Positions 63,050 through 64,000 of a stretch of DNA of 64,000 bases are shown piece after piece. Every line of letters starts with the position of its first letter. The first letter of the stretch is position 1. The translations under genes and the position numbers were made by a program. Location of the stretch: assembly GCF_009914755.1 (NCBI RefSeq), contig NC_060939.1, one strand, 5' to 3'. Origin of the DNA: the human T2T-CHM13v2.0 reference genome, Homo sapiens. The notes beneath the pieces are model-generated. The model made no database searches. It saw nothing but the letters and a program-made list of their open reading frames with translations, and was not told the DNA's origin.

Positions 63050-63290
63050 TGCCAATATCTACTGAGTACTTGTTAGATACAAGTACTGTTTTGGAGGTTT
63101 TATATTTACTAACTCATTTAATCCTCAAACAATGTGTGAATAAATGACTATTATTGTTTCCATTTCACAGCCAAAAAAATTGAGGTGTGAGAGGTTAAAA
63201 AAAATTGCCAAAAGTTACATGGTGAGGTTCAGGGAGAAGATTCCAACCCAAACAGTCTGATTTCAGAACCTGGTAGTTTTCCCTACCCTG
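63050..63290 (-). mobile_element. MIR
   Basis: ACTCATTTAATCCTCAAACAA...CCATTTCACAG...TGAGGTGTGAGAGGTTAA. Confidence 0.75.
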
Positions 63291-63524
63291 CTATAATGGA
63301 TTTTATATGAAAATTAAAGTAGTGAAATTAATCAGTGAACAAGACAGACTTTAAAAACACCGTAATACTTTATTCCTAATTACAGAAAAACCTACAGCAA
63401 TCTGTTAGGGTCAATGGAGGCTCAGTCTCTGAATGTTTGACTTGTCTGCAAGCAAATCTTCATACCAACATTTGCCAGAAGCCTCCTGGCTCCAACCTTT
63501 CTCCTTCCTTTGAAGACTCCAGTG

Positions 63525-63566
63525 AGGTTTGCTGCACTTGAAACTAGGTTTGCTGCACTTGAAACT
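63525..63566. repeat. Perfect 21-bp tandem duplication AGGTTTGCTGCACTTGAAACT x2
   Basis: Direct reading: 63525-63545 and 63546-63566. Confidence 0.95.
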
Positions 63567-64000
63567 TAGGGGCAGCAGCCTGAACTGCAGGCCAAAGCTT
63601 CAAAATGGAATATAGTCAAGCAACAAGTTCTATCTCAAAGCTCAAAATAAACTAAGACCTTTATTAAATCATCCATTTGTTGGCTTAAGAACATTTGAAA
63701 GGTTAAGTGCTATATTAAAGTAAGATTTGTAGAAAAAAAATAAACCTTAATTACTATTCAGATGGCTTTTAGGCATTCTATGTCGATTTACCTCTGATTC
63801 TGGCCCAGATGTAGTTGATTTTACCAGCATTTTTCAGCTTTAAAAGTACTTTAGCTGCTTGGGGACTTTTGTGTATTCTAGAACAATCTCTGCATAATAT
63901 TCCTACCATTGTATGTGGCTAAAGGAAACAACATTTGCTTCCATGATTGCCTGGGTGAGAAAGTCTTATATATTGATTGCTTATCCATAAAAAAGCAGAA

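Overview
This is primate, almost certainly human, non-coding genomic DNA. It is densely filled with interspersed repeats: about 13 Alu/FLAM copies, several L1PA and L1M fragments, many L2 and MIR remnants, about 12 solo LTRs, several DNA-transposon MITEs (MER2, MADE1, MER94, MER53, MER33, MER20, MER3) and one ancient CR1/L3 reverse-transcriptase remnant. I find no credible protein-coding exon. The ORF track is explained by repeat-derived or chance ORFs, and I cannot name the locus. LTRs and L1s lie mostly on the minus strand, which suggests a long intron of a plus-strand gene. I do not see a new multi-gene system. The best oddities are molecular fossils and splice architecture: (1) a 43-bp templated insertion copied from 3.3 kb away and ending in a fold-back hairpin (48518-48583); (2) a tiny twin-primed L1 carrying a 3' transduction (19682-19864); (3) a roughly 600-bp colinear CR1 RT relic (44280-44890); (4) a candidate recursive splice site (528/529); (5) a chain of minus-strand non-coding exon candidates that may form an antisense lncRNA. 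Repeat subfamily names come from recalled consensus features without alignment, and the boundaries of old repeats are approximate.
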